Origin: Tubulanus polymorphus
Lineage: Eukaryota; Animalia; Nemertea
Assembly: GCF_964204645.1 (NCBI RefSeq)
Contig: NC_134028.1
Coordinates: 18,855,653 to 18,919,652 of the forward strand
DNA: 64,000 nucleotides
Direction of reading: 5' to 3'
Shown: piece after piece, positions 26,101 to 38,955 of the stretch
Layout: the number at the start of each line of letters is the position of its first letter
How positions within the stretch are numbered: the first letter of the stretch is position 1
Program-made: the position numbers and the translations under genes
The notes under the pieces: model-generated
Databases searched by the model: none
Seen by the model: only the letters and a program-made list of their open reading frames with translations
Told to the model about the DNA's origin: nothing

Positions 26101-27158
26101 AGTGATTTACTAGAGAGGTCCCGGTCCATGAAAGAGTTTTAATCTTTAAAAAGGTTAAAACAGTTTTGATTTGTATGGTTTCAGGCTTATCTATTGAAAA
26201 TTTAAACTAACCAATATCATTCGTGAAACTTGGCCCTGGCTCCGGCTAGGTTGTTGGGTGTTGGCTCCCATATAGGTAGACCTAAACAAGTACTTTGGAA
26301 TTCGGTATATGCTTGACAAATATTCGCTTGTGAAGTCAAACTTAAGTCAGAATGACAAAATTAGTAGTCCGGGATAAAGATCTCATTGAAGGTCACCCTT
26401 CGTCCGTACCGTATCGGTTATTTTGATCGCAAAGCAATCGATCTATCATCAATTTACAGCAGGCATTGGAAAGCGACGTCGATGTTCATATGTTTTATAT
26501 GTAGCCCCAGCCTAAACTGATTGATGTGTTTATTATCATTGTTTATCGGCGAGCAATATTGCTCGATATCGGTGTATCAGACTATCGATTTATGGTTAAA
26601 AAGACAGAGTCGTTCATCAATCAAATTCTATCTCATTCTCTGTCTGTTCTCACTGATATGATCTACTTGTAGCTGCCGAGCTGCATCCCAATATCAGAAT
26701 CTCAACTCCCCATTCTCTAATTCAATCATTCGCATCAATTGGTGCTTATATAAAGCTTATACGAATTCTATACAACCTGCGAGCCAGAAGGATAAGACGA
26801 CAGCGATATGGAGGAACCTTGCAGAACTCCGTGACCGGCTGCGATTAGATTCCGAATTGAACCACTCGTCAAGGTCTCTTGAGTTGGTATTCGAGTTGAT
26901 ATACAGCCGATATACGATAACAATCAACCAGTCGGATCATAGGCCTATGTATCTTTTTTATCAAAAGACTTATCTCACCTTTTTTAGTTCGTCGGTTTTA
27001 GCGATAGCGTCATCAATTGCATCTTCGGCGACCATACTATTTATCAAGTGTATTAACGAATGTCGAAGGTGGTAGGGCCAGATTTGACCATCAAATGTCG
27101 CACCATCCAAATCTTCTTCGGTTGGCCTGCGATTCTCCTTACTTTTACTTCCCCCCAT
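17119..27158 (-). CDS. LRRC75A: LRRC75A/B (FAM211)-like leucine-rich repeat protein, 275 aa; exons 27158-26979, 23667-23369, 18356-18209, 17319-17119
   Basis: Four GT-AG exons join in phase (0,2,0): MGGSKSKENRR...ELKK/LFGLASS...EIDLSGVDL...EENQS/ITRVELGYTGIT...LPHLQYIGLQGNRL...FVQ/FLQHRNQFPQLRWVDLRNNHNIYTLPRLFLELLRERW. The DLSG, NRL and FPxLxWVDLxNN motifs match LRRC75 as recalled; A versus B cannot be resolved. Confidence 0.8.
17538..17928. mobile_element. MITE built of TTCTCGCGCGAGAA palindromic subrepeats
   Basis: Several TTCTCGCGCGAGAA(AACC) units and degenerate TIRs; same family as 55222-55408 (shared GGGCCAATGTGAAA). Confidence 0.65.
20157..20229 (-). tRNA. tRNA-Arg, anticodon CCT (73 nt), in intron 2 of the LRRC75-like gene
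   Basis: GCCTCCGTAGCCTAATGGATATGGCATCGGCCTCCTAAGCCGGGGGTTGCGGGTTCGAGTCCCGCCGGGGGTA folds into a full cloverleaf with loop CT-CCT-AA, A and B boxes, followed directly by a TTTT terminator. Confidence 0.95.
20391..20538 (-). repeat. Dispersed repeat, probable retroposon 3' tail (second copy at about 55693-55847)
   Basis: Shared TTCATCATCTTTATT.CTGAAT...AATTCTAATACAACAGC...CAAAAGCCGAAGCTTGAATACTGAAGG; AATAAA near the minus-strand 3' end. Confidence 0.6.
20665..21400 (+). mobile_element. Harbinger deletion derivative retaining a Myb/SANT gene fragment
   Basis: TIRs GGGTGCGTTCACACGACGA / TCGTCGTGTGAATG; many TAGACCGGTCTA palindromic subterminal repeats. 21142-21238 encodes MSKPDRGSNWSNEECHALFRIWKQDFIQAQL once a 4-bp CATG duplication is removed. 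Confidence 0.75.
22320..23330. mobile_element. Non-autonomous element with long inverted arms of GCGCAGAAACG subrepeats
   Basis: 22320-22495 is the inverted counterpart of 23015-23330 (e.g. TTACCACGTGGTGCAGTCC vs GGACTGTATCACGTGGTAA; AAACGAACCTTCGT vs ACGAAGGTTCGTTT). Confidence 0.65.
23984..24126. mobile_element. Harbinger-type MITE
   Basis: TIRs GCCGCGATCACACG / CGTGTGATCAAGGC with TTA on both flanks; GCCAAATTTGGC palindromes; same family as 31605-31909. Confidence 0.75.
24365..24520 (+). mobile_element. Possible LTR
   Basis: TGTAATAC...GTATTACA termini with internal AATAAA (about 24465); no target-site duplication seen. Confidence 0.4.
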
Positions 27159-30100
27159 TCTTTGGCCAAAATGGGGCCGCCTTGGCACTTTATCGTCAAT
27201 CAAGCGAATAAACTAGATACTTAATTTTCCACATTTTTCAGAGATGACACATGAAATTACATCCATCTCCGTTGTTAGGTAATCCGTTGCGAGGTAATGG
27301 AAACTATGTATCCATGATGATGAATCGATGAGGCCACAGTTGGGTGACGTTGCTAAGCTAGTGGAACCTCCTGAGCCAGGTTTCATCGGGGAGCCCCAAC
27401 TATCCGACAATCGTCGCTAGCGTGTAGCAGTGCGATCAACGCACTCGGCGGGCCACTCGCTCACTCAGAAAAAAAGTTACGGGTGATGGTAATGCGTGGG
27501 TAGAAAGTCGCGATATATGATGATTGTTACGATGTCAACAAGTCGCATCAATATGACTATATCATATATGGTGTAATCATGAATAGGCCATGTATGAAAT
27601 ATCGACCATGAAATACCTGTGTATATGTGGAGTATAGATTGCTACCGATCATATGGCAAATGGCATATCGCAGGAGATGGAAGCGTCAACCTGCAAAAGG
27701 CTCTACATTAAGTGAGAGTTGATATCTCCATCCTGGAAGATAGACAGGCAGTTTAGAACTGGACTATCTTCATTCTCCGAAACATTGTGAATATCGAGAC
27801 ATCCCTCACTAAGAGATATGTACCGTTATCATTTCATCATGATTGGTATTAAATCGAACATGTATCAATAAATAGGCCTAACGTGTTTCAAAAACAGGAA
27901 TTCGTATAGGCGTTGTAAAACTTGGAAATCCAATAATCCGGAACAAAGCTGTTAATAATAAAAACAAAACCCATTATCATCTAGTATTTGATTCGACGTT
28001 TTGAGAGTCTATGAGCAGACTCGGATCGTATTCATTCGACGATGCATCTTCTTAGTTGAAGATTGACAGCATGATTAGCATACAATAGGGGCTGTCTCTA
28101 AATATCGGTAGTTCTCGTTCCATAAACCCTCATTTAGTTTTTCCTAAAGATTTAACTGTGCCTAGTAAGCGGATGGTGTAAAAAATATGTTTCGTTAAGT
28201 AAACTCTAAAGCTAATGTTAGCCTATAAATCTACCAAAATTCAATTTTGAGAATCCGACATTTCTTCATTGAAAAGGTTGGGCTTCGAGGTATTCAGGTA
28301 AGCAAAATCAAATTTCTATCGACAGAGGCTTTTGGAACATAAAGCCTGGACCTGTTCTATGGAAACAAATGACAGTTATGAAGATGGTTGTATCATGCAT
28401 CACACTAACCACAATTGCGAATTTTCGGCTCGTGTGCGGGGCTTGCGTTAAATGCTGCTGTGCTTTGTTTCTCATTCGCACCTCTCGTACCTGTAAGCCC
28501 TGGCGAAGGGGAGTTGTTTTTTTTATGGAGTTTAAAAGAAAAGTAGAAATAAACACGTCTCATTGCACACGCATTTTTCAGATGCAGTTCCTTTTAAGAT
28601 GCGGAGTTTTTACTATCAAAAATCATCTAAACTGTACAAAGACAAGAAATTCATTATAAACTTCAATTTACACTGACGCAAAGACCTAAGATTCGGATAA
28701 TAAAAGGACCTCTACACTGATGTAATTTTATAACTCTGGTGTTATTGGATCGACGTGTTGAAAATGAAAAAAAAAAATTCGACGATTTGCTTAATATTCC
28801 ACGGCGGGCGGAAGCAATAATTCTTATAAAAAAGACTTTGCAGAGCCTCGACGCGGGATGGCGCATTTCTTTTTATGGATATCTCACCGGTTTAGTTTTC
28901 GACGTGGGTTAGTATTTGGAAGTGATGATAAACAAGGTATATTTTTAGCCTAATGCCGTATCTGAATACTTGTATAGCTGGCCCGACTGCCTCACAACAA
29001 AATCAGTCAGTTCATCATCATTTTCACCCGTCAATGGATTCAACTCACTAAGCTAAACCCGTTCCGCTTGTGGAAGCGAGTTTGGGAGCGATACGGGACC
29101 CCTGGTAAGCGAGGATGCGTCAGTGTTATGGTAGGGGAAGTCACTGAGCTTCCAGTACGTTTGTCAGAGTCTATCCACAGTCGTATGGTCTGCCAATTGA
29201 GCTAAGATGAAAAACGGAATCAGGAAGAACAAATGGCATTTTGTTTTTTACATGTATATGGTTTTAGCTAAACTTACTGAGAAAAGTTTTAAACCGTGGT
29301 TTTTTGAAAATTAAGGAATCTATTTCCCAATGCAACCTTCTACGCCCATTCAATAGGTTAAAAAGTTTAAGAGAAGGACTCCTCAACTGCGTACTATCAA
29401 TTACTTTTGGAGCGAACTACACTATGACATAAGATGTCGGTTATATTAACTAAAAGAATTTTGTATTGAATCGTACTGAAAATATGCCAACCGATCTCGC
29501 TCATTCATTTTTTCAGATCATCAGATCATGTAGATATAATTAACCGAAGAGTGCCCGAGAATCCCTTCGTTCTCGTTCACTACGCCACACTACCACCTTG
29601 GAGTATTCATTGAACGATTACTCCAAGCTACCACTAAATTCGACATACCTATCTACGTTAGACATATGCTCATGGTACGGTACAGACACTGTGAAGCCAG
29701 GGTGAAGAATATTTTCATTTCGTAGATCCACTTTCAGGAAAATGAGTATGTAGTATTGATCAGATTCAAATTTTGAACATGGCGTCCATTTATTTACAAT
29801 CTATTCATATATTTACAAATAAGCACGTGGGTTCAAGTAAATATGATATAATTACACACTTACATGATATAATCATGATTCTTATATACAATTAAACAAA
29901 GTTCTATGGTGCAAAACAAAGTTTTTTGTTATTGTTACATACGCCTGGTCATCTACATGAAGGTTTTACTTGTATTCATAAAAAATGTTTCTTGACTCAT
30001 CACAATGATTGAGGCAACGTGCTATTTTCACACAGCGTATTTACGATTCAAAAAGAAAAAATGATAAAGGAATTACTTCGGATTAGTGGTTAATAATAAT

Positions 30101-31604
30101 CTCTATATATCAGTCTTGCTCATTTCAGTGTCAGCGCCCTTGGAACTGGGTGCGAACTACAGCAACCGTGTGCAGTAGCATGGTTCGGTATTTTTGGACT
30201 CCGAACAATAGTCCTCTAGTTTCATTTAGTTCGCACATACGTGAAGGTCTAGTTTACTAACTTAAATAACCGAAGTTAGCCCTGTAAGACATCAATAGAC
30301 CCTTGCCCGTGAAGTCGCATGTGCTTTTGAATTCAAATTCGTTTCAGAAATATACGTGGAAGGGTATGTTGTAATCAGTTTATGAGGGAAGTTTTTTTTA
30401 AATGTTGACTTCTTATATTGACAATCCACAATACAAATCTATAGTAGATTTCATAACTTCAGAAGCTCATCATCAGTAATTCTTGATTCATATGATTTTA
30501 TCAAAGATTAAGTCTTATGGGAATTATTGTGTAAGAATGATTTTAACCACTACATCGAGAGTGACCAAATTATCAAAACAATTGATGAAGTGTTAAAATT
30601 AAATATTTAAATATTAAAAAAGCTAACAAATGAATATTTGTGTTACTTGGTTTTGAAAACCAACATTCTAAAAAAGGATGATACCTGAAAATCTATCGGA
30701 ACACCATGTACACGGGCTTCACTGGAATATTTTTAAGGGGTGTTAGAATCAATACAAGCAGATCTGTATACCATACTTCGCAGCTTATCCATCGACCGCC
30801 CAAGGAAAACGAGCATATCTGATTCCTTGAAATTACTTGAATGTTCTTAAATTGTCTTAATCTTTTTTATTCGAAGCTAGAGAGGGGCAATTTCTGGATT
30901 TCTGGGCCGTTTAAGGCAAAATATTCATGAAATTTCTGAAATTTGAACAAAAAACAAAATTAGGAACTAAAAAATGGTGCACTTGGATTTTAAAAGGGGG
31001 GCCATCCACACCCCACCTCTGGTGAGGATCGTGAATGCATTAACACTATGTTAACAGTTTTGACACAATGGCAAAATCCTAAATCAATGAATATATCAAA
31101 TAAAAAGCAGATCAATAGAATATGTGTCGGAAATCTGCAGTAAATATCTAATAATAGATTCTAATTATAGAAATAGTGATACATTTGAGCTTGGAATGTT
31201 AATTAGCAAAAATTGGAGGTCTATGGAAATAAATCCATTATGGGCTTTTGACTTTTGTCCATGAACAAATTGCTATAGTGCAAACAAAAATACATGTTTT
31301 GTAAGATGGCATTACACATGAGGCCATTGGCAATACTGTAGACCCCCCTTTATGTAAAACAGTTGAATACGGATTTTGATCCTTTCCATAAATATATAAA
31401 TAAACAATGTTTAATCCAGATTTCTCATAAACCGAATGGGTTTCATTCATATTGAGAGGGTTATTCTTAAGGGTTAGTCTTATTCTTCCAAAAGAACGCT
31501 AAAATTCCTACAGTAAATTGAAATCAATTCTTTCTAATTGGTACTAAGGGCTTGTCTGGGCTTAGTCTGGACATTAACCTAGCACTCAGGAATCTCACTA
31601 TGTA

Positions 31605-31909
31605 AGCCGCAATCACACAAGCATTTTTGGCCCAGAACAACTGTTCACACAGGTGCCAAATGGGCCCGGACCAAATTTGGCCCGACAAAAAACGTTGGAC
31701 CAGACCCTAGCCAAATTTCAGCACCAGACAAATGACTGCGTTTGAATTGCAACTAGTTCTGGAAATGATCCACTGCGCTTTGTTTGAGCATTGTTTAGTA
31801 TCGAGTGAATGGATTGCATGTGAACGCGCTCTCCAATTAGGCACGGGCCAAATTTGCCTGATCCGTGCCAATTTGGTCTGGGCCAAATTGTCCCCTTGTG
31901 ATTGCGGCT
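31605..31909. mobile_element. Harbinger-type MITE
   Basis: TIRs AGCCGCAATCACA / TGTGATTGCGGCT flanked by GTA/GTA; internal sequence homologous to 23984-24126. Confidence 0.75.
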
Positions 31910-32498
31910 GTAGTGTCTACTGCTCATCAGAAAATTCACATATATAATAACGATACAAAATAACTTATTTCCATATGATTTTCATGTACTTCAAATGTCT
32001 GTTATTTTGTTGTAAACACGCTAGGATTCATATGATGTCATTTAAACGTTTTCACATAAAAAAATTTCATAAAACAAATGTGTTTATCACGATCGTACGT
32101 TCAGTAAACAATAAATCATATACACGAGAACATACCAGACAGGAGGATCATGGTGCTAAAGCACCCAGGGAAAACTCAGCTTGTTATCTACATAGTTTTC
32201 CAATACTAATGTCGACACCCAATCAATGCAAACCAGTCACATAATTTCACAAAGTTTAACAAGATTACCACTAGCTTGCTGCAGCCATAGGCAGAGTCAA
32301 TGAGAGAAAGAAAAGTTGTCATAATTTCAACGTAATTTGTTTTGTAAAACTTGGCCTTGAATAGAGTTTCCGCCAAAGGCATCAGTTTTAAAGCAATTAA
32401 GCACAGGAATAGTAAATTAAGAAATAAAGTAATCATCCTTTTGAAATGTATGACTCTATTCACAAGACTGGGTGACTGAAGCCTGAAAGTCCGAAGAG

Positions 32499-35400
32499 CT
32501 ATAATTTTGGACGTTTTTCAGTACTTTCCAATATTCCCCCACAACACGAACATGATTCACATCCGGTGCTTCCAACTGATCCACAATCCTGACATTTATT
32601 TTTTGGATGACTGCGTTTTAATGAGTTCTCCACCCGTTCATCTTTCGGTTTTTGTTCGTTGACTTTACTCGGCCACAGCAACCACGCTAGATTGTTCTCA
32701 ACAAACGATTTTAGTCCAGGCGGGAAATTTAGAACATCTGTCACAGAAAGGTGGCTAGGAATAGCCGCACGCAACACCTGACAGCATAACAACTGTAAAC
32801 TGGTTGGAAACGACCAGGATCTGATGAGACGCATGCCACTACGCGCAGCTGTAGATGATACCATAGGATATGCGGTTTTCAGCGTCAAATTGCTAAATGC
32901 AACACCTACAAAAATAAACAACTCATTAATGTATGAAGCCCATTTAGAGTTTACAGCTGCATTTGGCTTTTTATGCGCCATCGGGCCACAATTGTAATGC
33001 CAAGTTTCTTAAAAATGCAGTTCAAGCAAAGGGCCACTTTCCTATTGAAAAAGGACAAATCTAAAACATGAAGTGCCTGGGAAACTGAATAAATAATTTT
33101 AGAATGGATTGCTTTTCAGTTTCCAAAAAAATATGAAAATTGTATCCAAATTTCGAAAAATCTTGACCCACACTTTACACCTTGACTTTGAAGGGGGTTC
33201 ATCCGCTACCCTTAACCCTCCCTCGGCACTGGCCTGATGTCATGTGTGTACACTTTTCCATCCTCCTTCGACAGGGATTTGAACCTTAAAGCATCGAGAC
33301 TCACCACAGTACAAAACCTGCCATACTAGCCAGTTTCAGCTACATTTGCAGCTTAGATGATGTAATTATCAGCCAATTAGAAATCCTGTTTTATTTTAGC
33401 CAGGGTTTTCCATTTATAGTTTATCCGCAAAATTTTCCTCAGCAATCTGATTGGTACCGCACCTGCCCACCCGGTCTGGTGTGGCAGAGATTTTTGTACC
33501 GTGGCTGAGACTAGTGATACCATCAGGTACAAATCCCTACCAGGGAGGATGATACTTTTTATATTATCCAATGCAATTGAAAAATAAATATCTATCTACT
33601 CGATCTAATACAAGCAGCTGGAAAAGGGCTCTATAAATTTTTAGCCCTTGGCCCATAGTATCTACATACCAAGTTTCGTCAAGATCGGATAATGATTGTA
33701 GGAAAAGTAGCAATCTAAAGATCTTACAACGCGCAACCTGTACAGCGCCCCCTAGAGATTAAATTGGGAAATGGCTCTATAACTTTCAGGTCCTTGGGGA
33801 CCATTCAATTAGAATGTACGCACGGAGGGGGGGGGTAACGTAGAATGTGTATATTTGCGTATGGGGGAGGGGGTGCTTCAGACAATTTCGTACGTACGCA
33901 TGCGATAGACCTATTATACAAACAGAAGCTTTTTCACATCATACACGAATTAATAAAGTGTTATTAATAAAGCGGGTCAATTGCCTATAGTGTATCTCTT
34001 ATTGTTCCATTTATTTCCGAGACCTGACAACATTGGTTCTGAGACTCAAGGTCACTAGTCTCACCGCGTAGTTTGATAGATCGGAAAACTGAAGATGTCG
34101 GAAAAATATAATGCATTTATCGCCTTGTTTGCGAAGCTTAATGATTACAGCTGTGTCGCATTGTGCGTACGTACTTAAAGGGGGTGGGTCTCAGTTTTAG
34201 TACACTTGCGTACATAGGGGGAGGGGGTAAAAAATCGGAGCTTTTGTGTGCACGAACAAATTGAATGGTCCCTTGCCTGGAATATAGTATCCACATACCA
34301 AGTTTCGTCAAGATCCAATTATAATTGTAGGACAATTAGCAATTTTAAGATTTTACAAGCGCCACCGAGAGACTTGATTGGGAAAACGGCTCCATAACTT
34401 TTAAGCCCTTGGCCCATAGTATCTACATACCAAGTTTCGTTAAGATCAGAAAAGAACTGTAGCAAATTGAAGCGAAAGTTGACGGAAAGACGAATGGACA
34501 GACATCAACGGATAACCCCCTTAACCCATCAGCCCCGCTAATCTTCGGTCACAGCTGAGCAAAAAAGCCCAAAACACACAAGACTAACTTCGACGTGTCC
34601 CAATGCAAAATTTTGCATTCCCCAAATTTGTTCACCTATGAACGAACATGTGTGGCTGAATATTTTGATTTGCAGCAATTGAATGCTCCTTTTTGGTACA
34701 GGAATGACTCGACATTGTCATACCTGGGTAACCTGATGCACTTACGTACCTAGTGGTTTTCGATTCATGTAAAATGACAGCGTTTTGTTCCACATGTCTA
34801 AATGTACACCAATGATAGCTCCCTGTCCAAATCTCTGAGCGTATTGTAGTTTCTGTCCATTATGATAGATAAACCCGGAGTACGACAATCCCCAGCTGTT
34901 CTCATCCTCACCAAGCAGACTGCAGAACATAGCATAATGTTTGTCCAAATCTATATGCGGTAGTCCAATACCAACCATCTACAACAGATAAAGCATTTTA
35001 CCTGGTGAGGAAATGGCAGAAGCCAGTTCAATTTAGAGCCAGCCCTGAATGACTTTCTCCATGACCATTCTCGTAAATGTGAAAAAGTGATTGGCCAGAA
35101 CGTTTGACAATTGTAATCAAATTGTTGGTTCATTTTGAATTTCAATAAAAGACCATGGGTCAGTAGGATCAACTGAGTACATTTTAGTTTTGAGCACAAA
35201 AATCAATTTGTTCATGGATTTGCAATGACGTATAAACAGCTGATAAAGATGAAATCATTGTGGACTGTGTAGTAAGCATGTTCAACTTAGATGATATACA
35301 TGGTAATGGGCACAGGGGATTGGCGATGGGCTTGGATTCTATTTCCGGGTTGTTGATATCTCGCGAGAATGGCGCTAAATATAAACTGCGAATAAATTCA

Positions 35401-38184
35401 AAATATCACCGAAATACCTTGTGTTTATATTGTTTATTTATCCGCTATAAAGTTCCGATAAACAATTGGTCATTAAGGATCATCATCAGACGGTCGCAAC
35501 GTTTTACTGTATAAATCACAAGGGATGAAACGCCAGGCCTCCGCTGTACTTAAATTTTCAGCCAGAAAGTTGGGGAAGCATATTTTGCGGTAACAAAATA
35601 TGCTAAGGTATCAATATAATGTGGAAAAACTTTTTCCCACCTAATAAGTACTAATGATACCAAGATGGCCGCCAATTGTGTCATAATTAACCAATCAAAA
35701 ATATCTGTCTCAGGTACAGGGATCCCAAAAGTAGTTACCAAAAAAATCGGAAATCAATCTGGCCTCATTCTGTCCTCGCAAGCGCCATAGGCGCGAAGCC
35801 AAGCTTCCAACAGATAAAGACAAGCTTCGAAGCTTCTAACAGATTGCCAGGCAATTTTCGGGCATCTAAGAAATTCTCGGGACCGGAAATGGAATCTAGC
35901 AAAAATTAATATCAGTTTGATGTGGAAGCCATGTTTGATTTATAAAAAATGTATCGAAGATTCTGATTGGTGGTTGAAATCTTCAAACAAACAATTGAAA
36001 GCGGGTTCGAATCCTCGAAGCAGCAGATATTTTTCTTGGTAGAAAGATTTCTCATCAGTTATAATTAATTTTATTTGAAATTTGAAAAATACATTTACGG
36101 GCAGTCGACATTTTGGATCCATTGATATTGATTTATTGAATAGTTTTGATTGATGATATGTATGCATCACGCGCGCGTCATTCTGATCATTACTGCTGTG
36201 CCCTGATCAATAGACCACGTGCACGCAGTAATGTAAGACGCTGCTCACTAGTGTGAGGCGCATGTATGAATGCTATCGTACATCGTTCCACTATTTTCTT
36301 ATTGATATCGTGTCAGCACGTGGCCGCCTACAATACTATACTTCAGTACGCGGTACAGTATCGATTTCTAGATGCACGCCCAGGCTAGCTAGTCAGACTC
36401 GTGACCACAAGTGCCATAACCGATCATAACCCTCTACCCCCTTTAGCTTTATTTAACATCGAATCTTTATCGATATCAGAGACCATTTTTTAAAGTCCGA
36501 ATTCCGATTAAAGTCGGAAGATTGGGATCCCTGCAGGTATCAAACATCGCCCTCCAAAGAATACCCATCATGAATTGCTATGAGAAATAACAAACCAGTA
36601 GGACGCCAAAGGACTCACAATTCGGACCAAAATTGACATTTTTGGGCACTAAAAAGGTCATAGGATGGCCATCTTGAGTCCAATCGACCCAACTTTTCTT
36701 AAGCGGCTGGGCCCTTGGGGGATTCAAATATATGCGAAAGATCAAGGTAATCAATCAAAGCATCTTCAAAATTTCCCTCGAAAACTTAAAAAATGTGTAA
36801 ATAGTGCTGATTTTGGCAAACAACAATGGCTGCCAGTCGGCCATCTTGAATCTGACTGGGCCAGTTTTTGGGCTGAAGATGTGTCTAGGGTAGATACATG
36901 TGTAACTCAAATAGGCCTATCAAGACATTACCTTGAAGTGTCTTTAAAACTTCCCAAAATAGCCTAACTGGATTCCATCTACGGACGGACGGACGGACAA
37001 GTGAGCGCAATAGCTAAAGTCCCAAGTGAGCTAAAAACTACCCTTTTTATACGTACCATATCAGTACCATACACAGGTGTTATCATTTTGATTTCCCAGT
37101 AAAACTGTCCTTCGGACATCGGCAAAACCCCTCTCACTGCAGCTGTACCACTACTGTAGTCAGGATGGAATCTCACTTCTCTATGGTCTGCTGATAGAAC
37201 ACAAGCAGCTGACTTGTGCATATCATCCCAAACCCAATCGAATTCTGAAAAATTAGATATATATGGTCAATTAAGATTGAAAATGATTGAAATATATCAG
37301 ATACGACCAACACAGAGAATTGTTTAACCCCAAAGGGGACAACGCATGTGTTCATTGTCTGTACTGTACGATCTGTAGCAGAGGTTCCACAGAGCCTATA
37401 TTATGCTTATGGTCAGAAAGACATCATCTTGGCCATAACCTTGTCAATTTTATGACAAGATCAGAGGGTAGGCTATAGGCCTAGGACTACCTGAAATCGG
37501 TCACAAATTAAAATGTCTAAGATTTTTAACAATAGTAACTGAAGGGTGACCACAGGATAATAAAATGGTGTCAAAATTATGACTACTTTAACTGTTTAGA
37601 TTATTTGAGTGCAGGTTTGATTTGATACTAAAATCTGTGGTTGCATTGCAAAAAACAGGGGAGAAACAGGAGTTCCTCAGTTTGACATCAGACATTTTAG
37701 GGGACAGTAACGCTTGGTTGGTAGGCCTAAGTATTCAAACGAAGTAAAAACACGTAAAAATACCTGTGTCTTCCTCGCCGCAATGACATGATAAAGCCAG
37801 CGACTTTTTTGGGCAAGAACAGAATGGTTCGCCTTTAGCGGGCATTTGAATAGTCGACCTTCGTTCACCAAAGTTGTGATAATAGAAAGTGGGTCTTAGA
37901 CGAGGACCACGATTTACGCGAGTCAAACCGGCGGTCGCCCCGCCACTGGTGTGTGGCTGCTGCTGACTGGCATCAGCTTCAACGAAGCTGTCGACATCGT
38001 CAGCAGCGTCAATAGGGTCGTCAGCCGTCGTCGTGCCTCCGACTGTTGCTACTGCTGTAGTTACTGTTGCTGTTGTTGTTGGTAGTGAAACTGGCGAATA
38101 CGAAATATCATCGTCTTCATCATCTTCGGAATCATTCGTATTCAACCAAACTCCGGCAGCTCCTTGCTCCTCGACTGACGACAT
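32499..38184 (-). CDS. SPSB3: SPRY domain-containing SOCS box protein 3, 414 aa; exons 38184-37764, 37244-37057, 34978-34750, 32905-32499
   Basis: In-phase GT-AG exons (1,0,1): ...[16 protein letters not shown]...[14 protein letters not shown]...[21 protein letters not shown]...[18 protein letters not shown]...[15 protein letters not shown]...KPL/GVAF...[15 protein letters not shown]...[11 protein letters not shown] (SOCS box)...LNFPPGLK. Confidence 0.93.
33610..34566 (+). mobile_element. Helentron-associated (HINE/DINE-1-like) non-autonomous element with a tandem-repeat core of about 150 bp per unit
   Basis: Starts ACAAGCAGCTG; three units containing TAGTATC.ACATACCAAGTTTCGT.AAGATC; GACG/GACA tract; ends CACAGCTGAGCAAAAAA. 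Confidence 0.65.
33797..34272. mobile_element. Harbinger-type MITE nested in the HINE-like element
   Basis: TIRs GGGACCATTCAATT / AATTGAATGGTCCC; perfect 3-bp TSD TTG (33794-33796 and 34273-34275). Confidence 0.85.
35717..36533. mobile_element. hAT-like non-autonomous element with a 6-bp flanking direct repeat
   Basis: TIR CAGGGATCCCAA / TTGGGATCCCTG; CAGGTA immediately on both sides (35711-35716 and 36534-36539). Confidence 0.7.
36592..37037 (+). mobile_element. Second HINE/DINE-1-like element, in SPSB3 intron 2
   Basis: Starts AAACCAGTAGG; repeated GGCCATCTTGA core; (GGAC)n microsatellite; ends GTGAGCTAAAAA. Confidence 0.6.
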
Positions 38185-38955
38185 GATAATATAAGCGTCC
38201 AAAACGCAACTTAAACATCCAAATTTACTATTCACTGGTTTAATTCTTTAATTTCAATTGCTTCCGGGTTCCGAGAGATATCATGACGGCCATTTGTTTT
38301 CATACGGACTAGAACCCGGACATGATCAAATGAAGGGTGTTTCCGACAATATCGAATCTTCATCTTATATCTTATGGTTTTTGCATCCTCGCTTGCCATA
38401 GTCTAGTACCTAGCCGTTGTTCCTCGTAGACAGTAAAGAACCTATAACAACGACTGGTATTCAGACAACGCTTGCCAGGGCTTGTTTGCTGCGCGCCGAA
38501 GCCTGCCAACTCAAACCCTGGCCGCACTATGCACCTTCGTTGGTTTAGGCGCATTGCCCAAGATTTCTTGGGCGGACGGGCTGCCGAAGCGACAGTAGTG
38601 CTCAAGTCTACCAACGGATTTAACATAATGAGAATGCCGGTTTGCTAGCGTATCTATTTAACACCCGTATTGCTCGGGTTAGTTTTACTATCAACGGGTG
38701 GCGCTGTATGTAAATTTCACATAAATCAACGACTTTCGGCTATTAGCGGTACTTAAGACCACTTGAAAACATCATAGTCAATTACGGTAGTAGTGAACAT
38801 AAAAAGATACAGTACAAAGATACAGTACGGTGTACAGTTAAGGACATGATTCCATAGCACCCATACCAGAGACATTTTGTTCAGACAAGGACTATTAGTT
38901 AAACACTAATCTTCATTTTCAGCAATTAACGATCTGGTGAATTAATTAGTGATTC

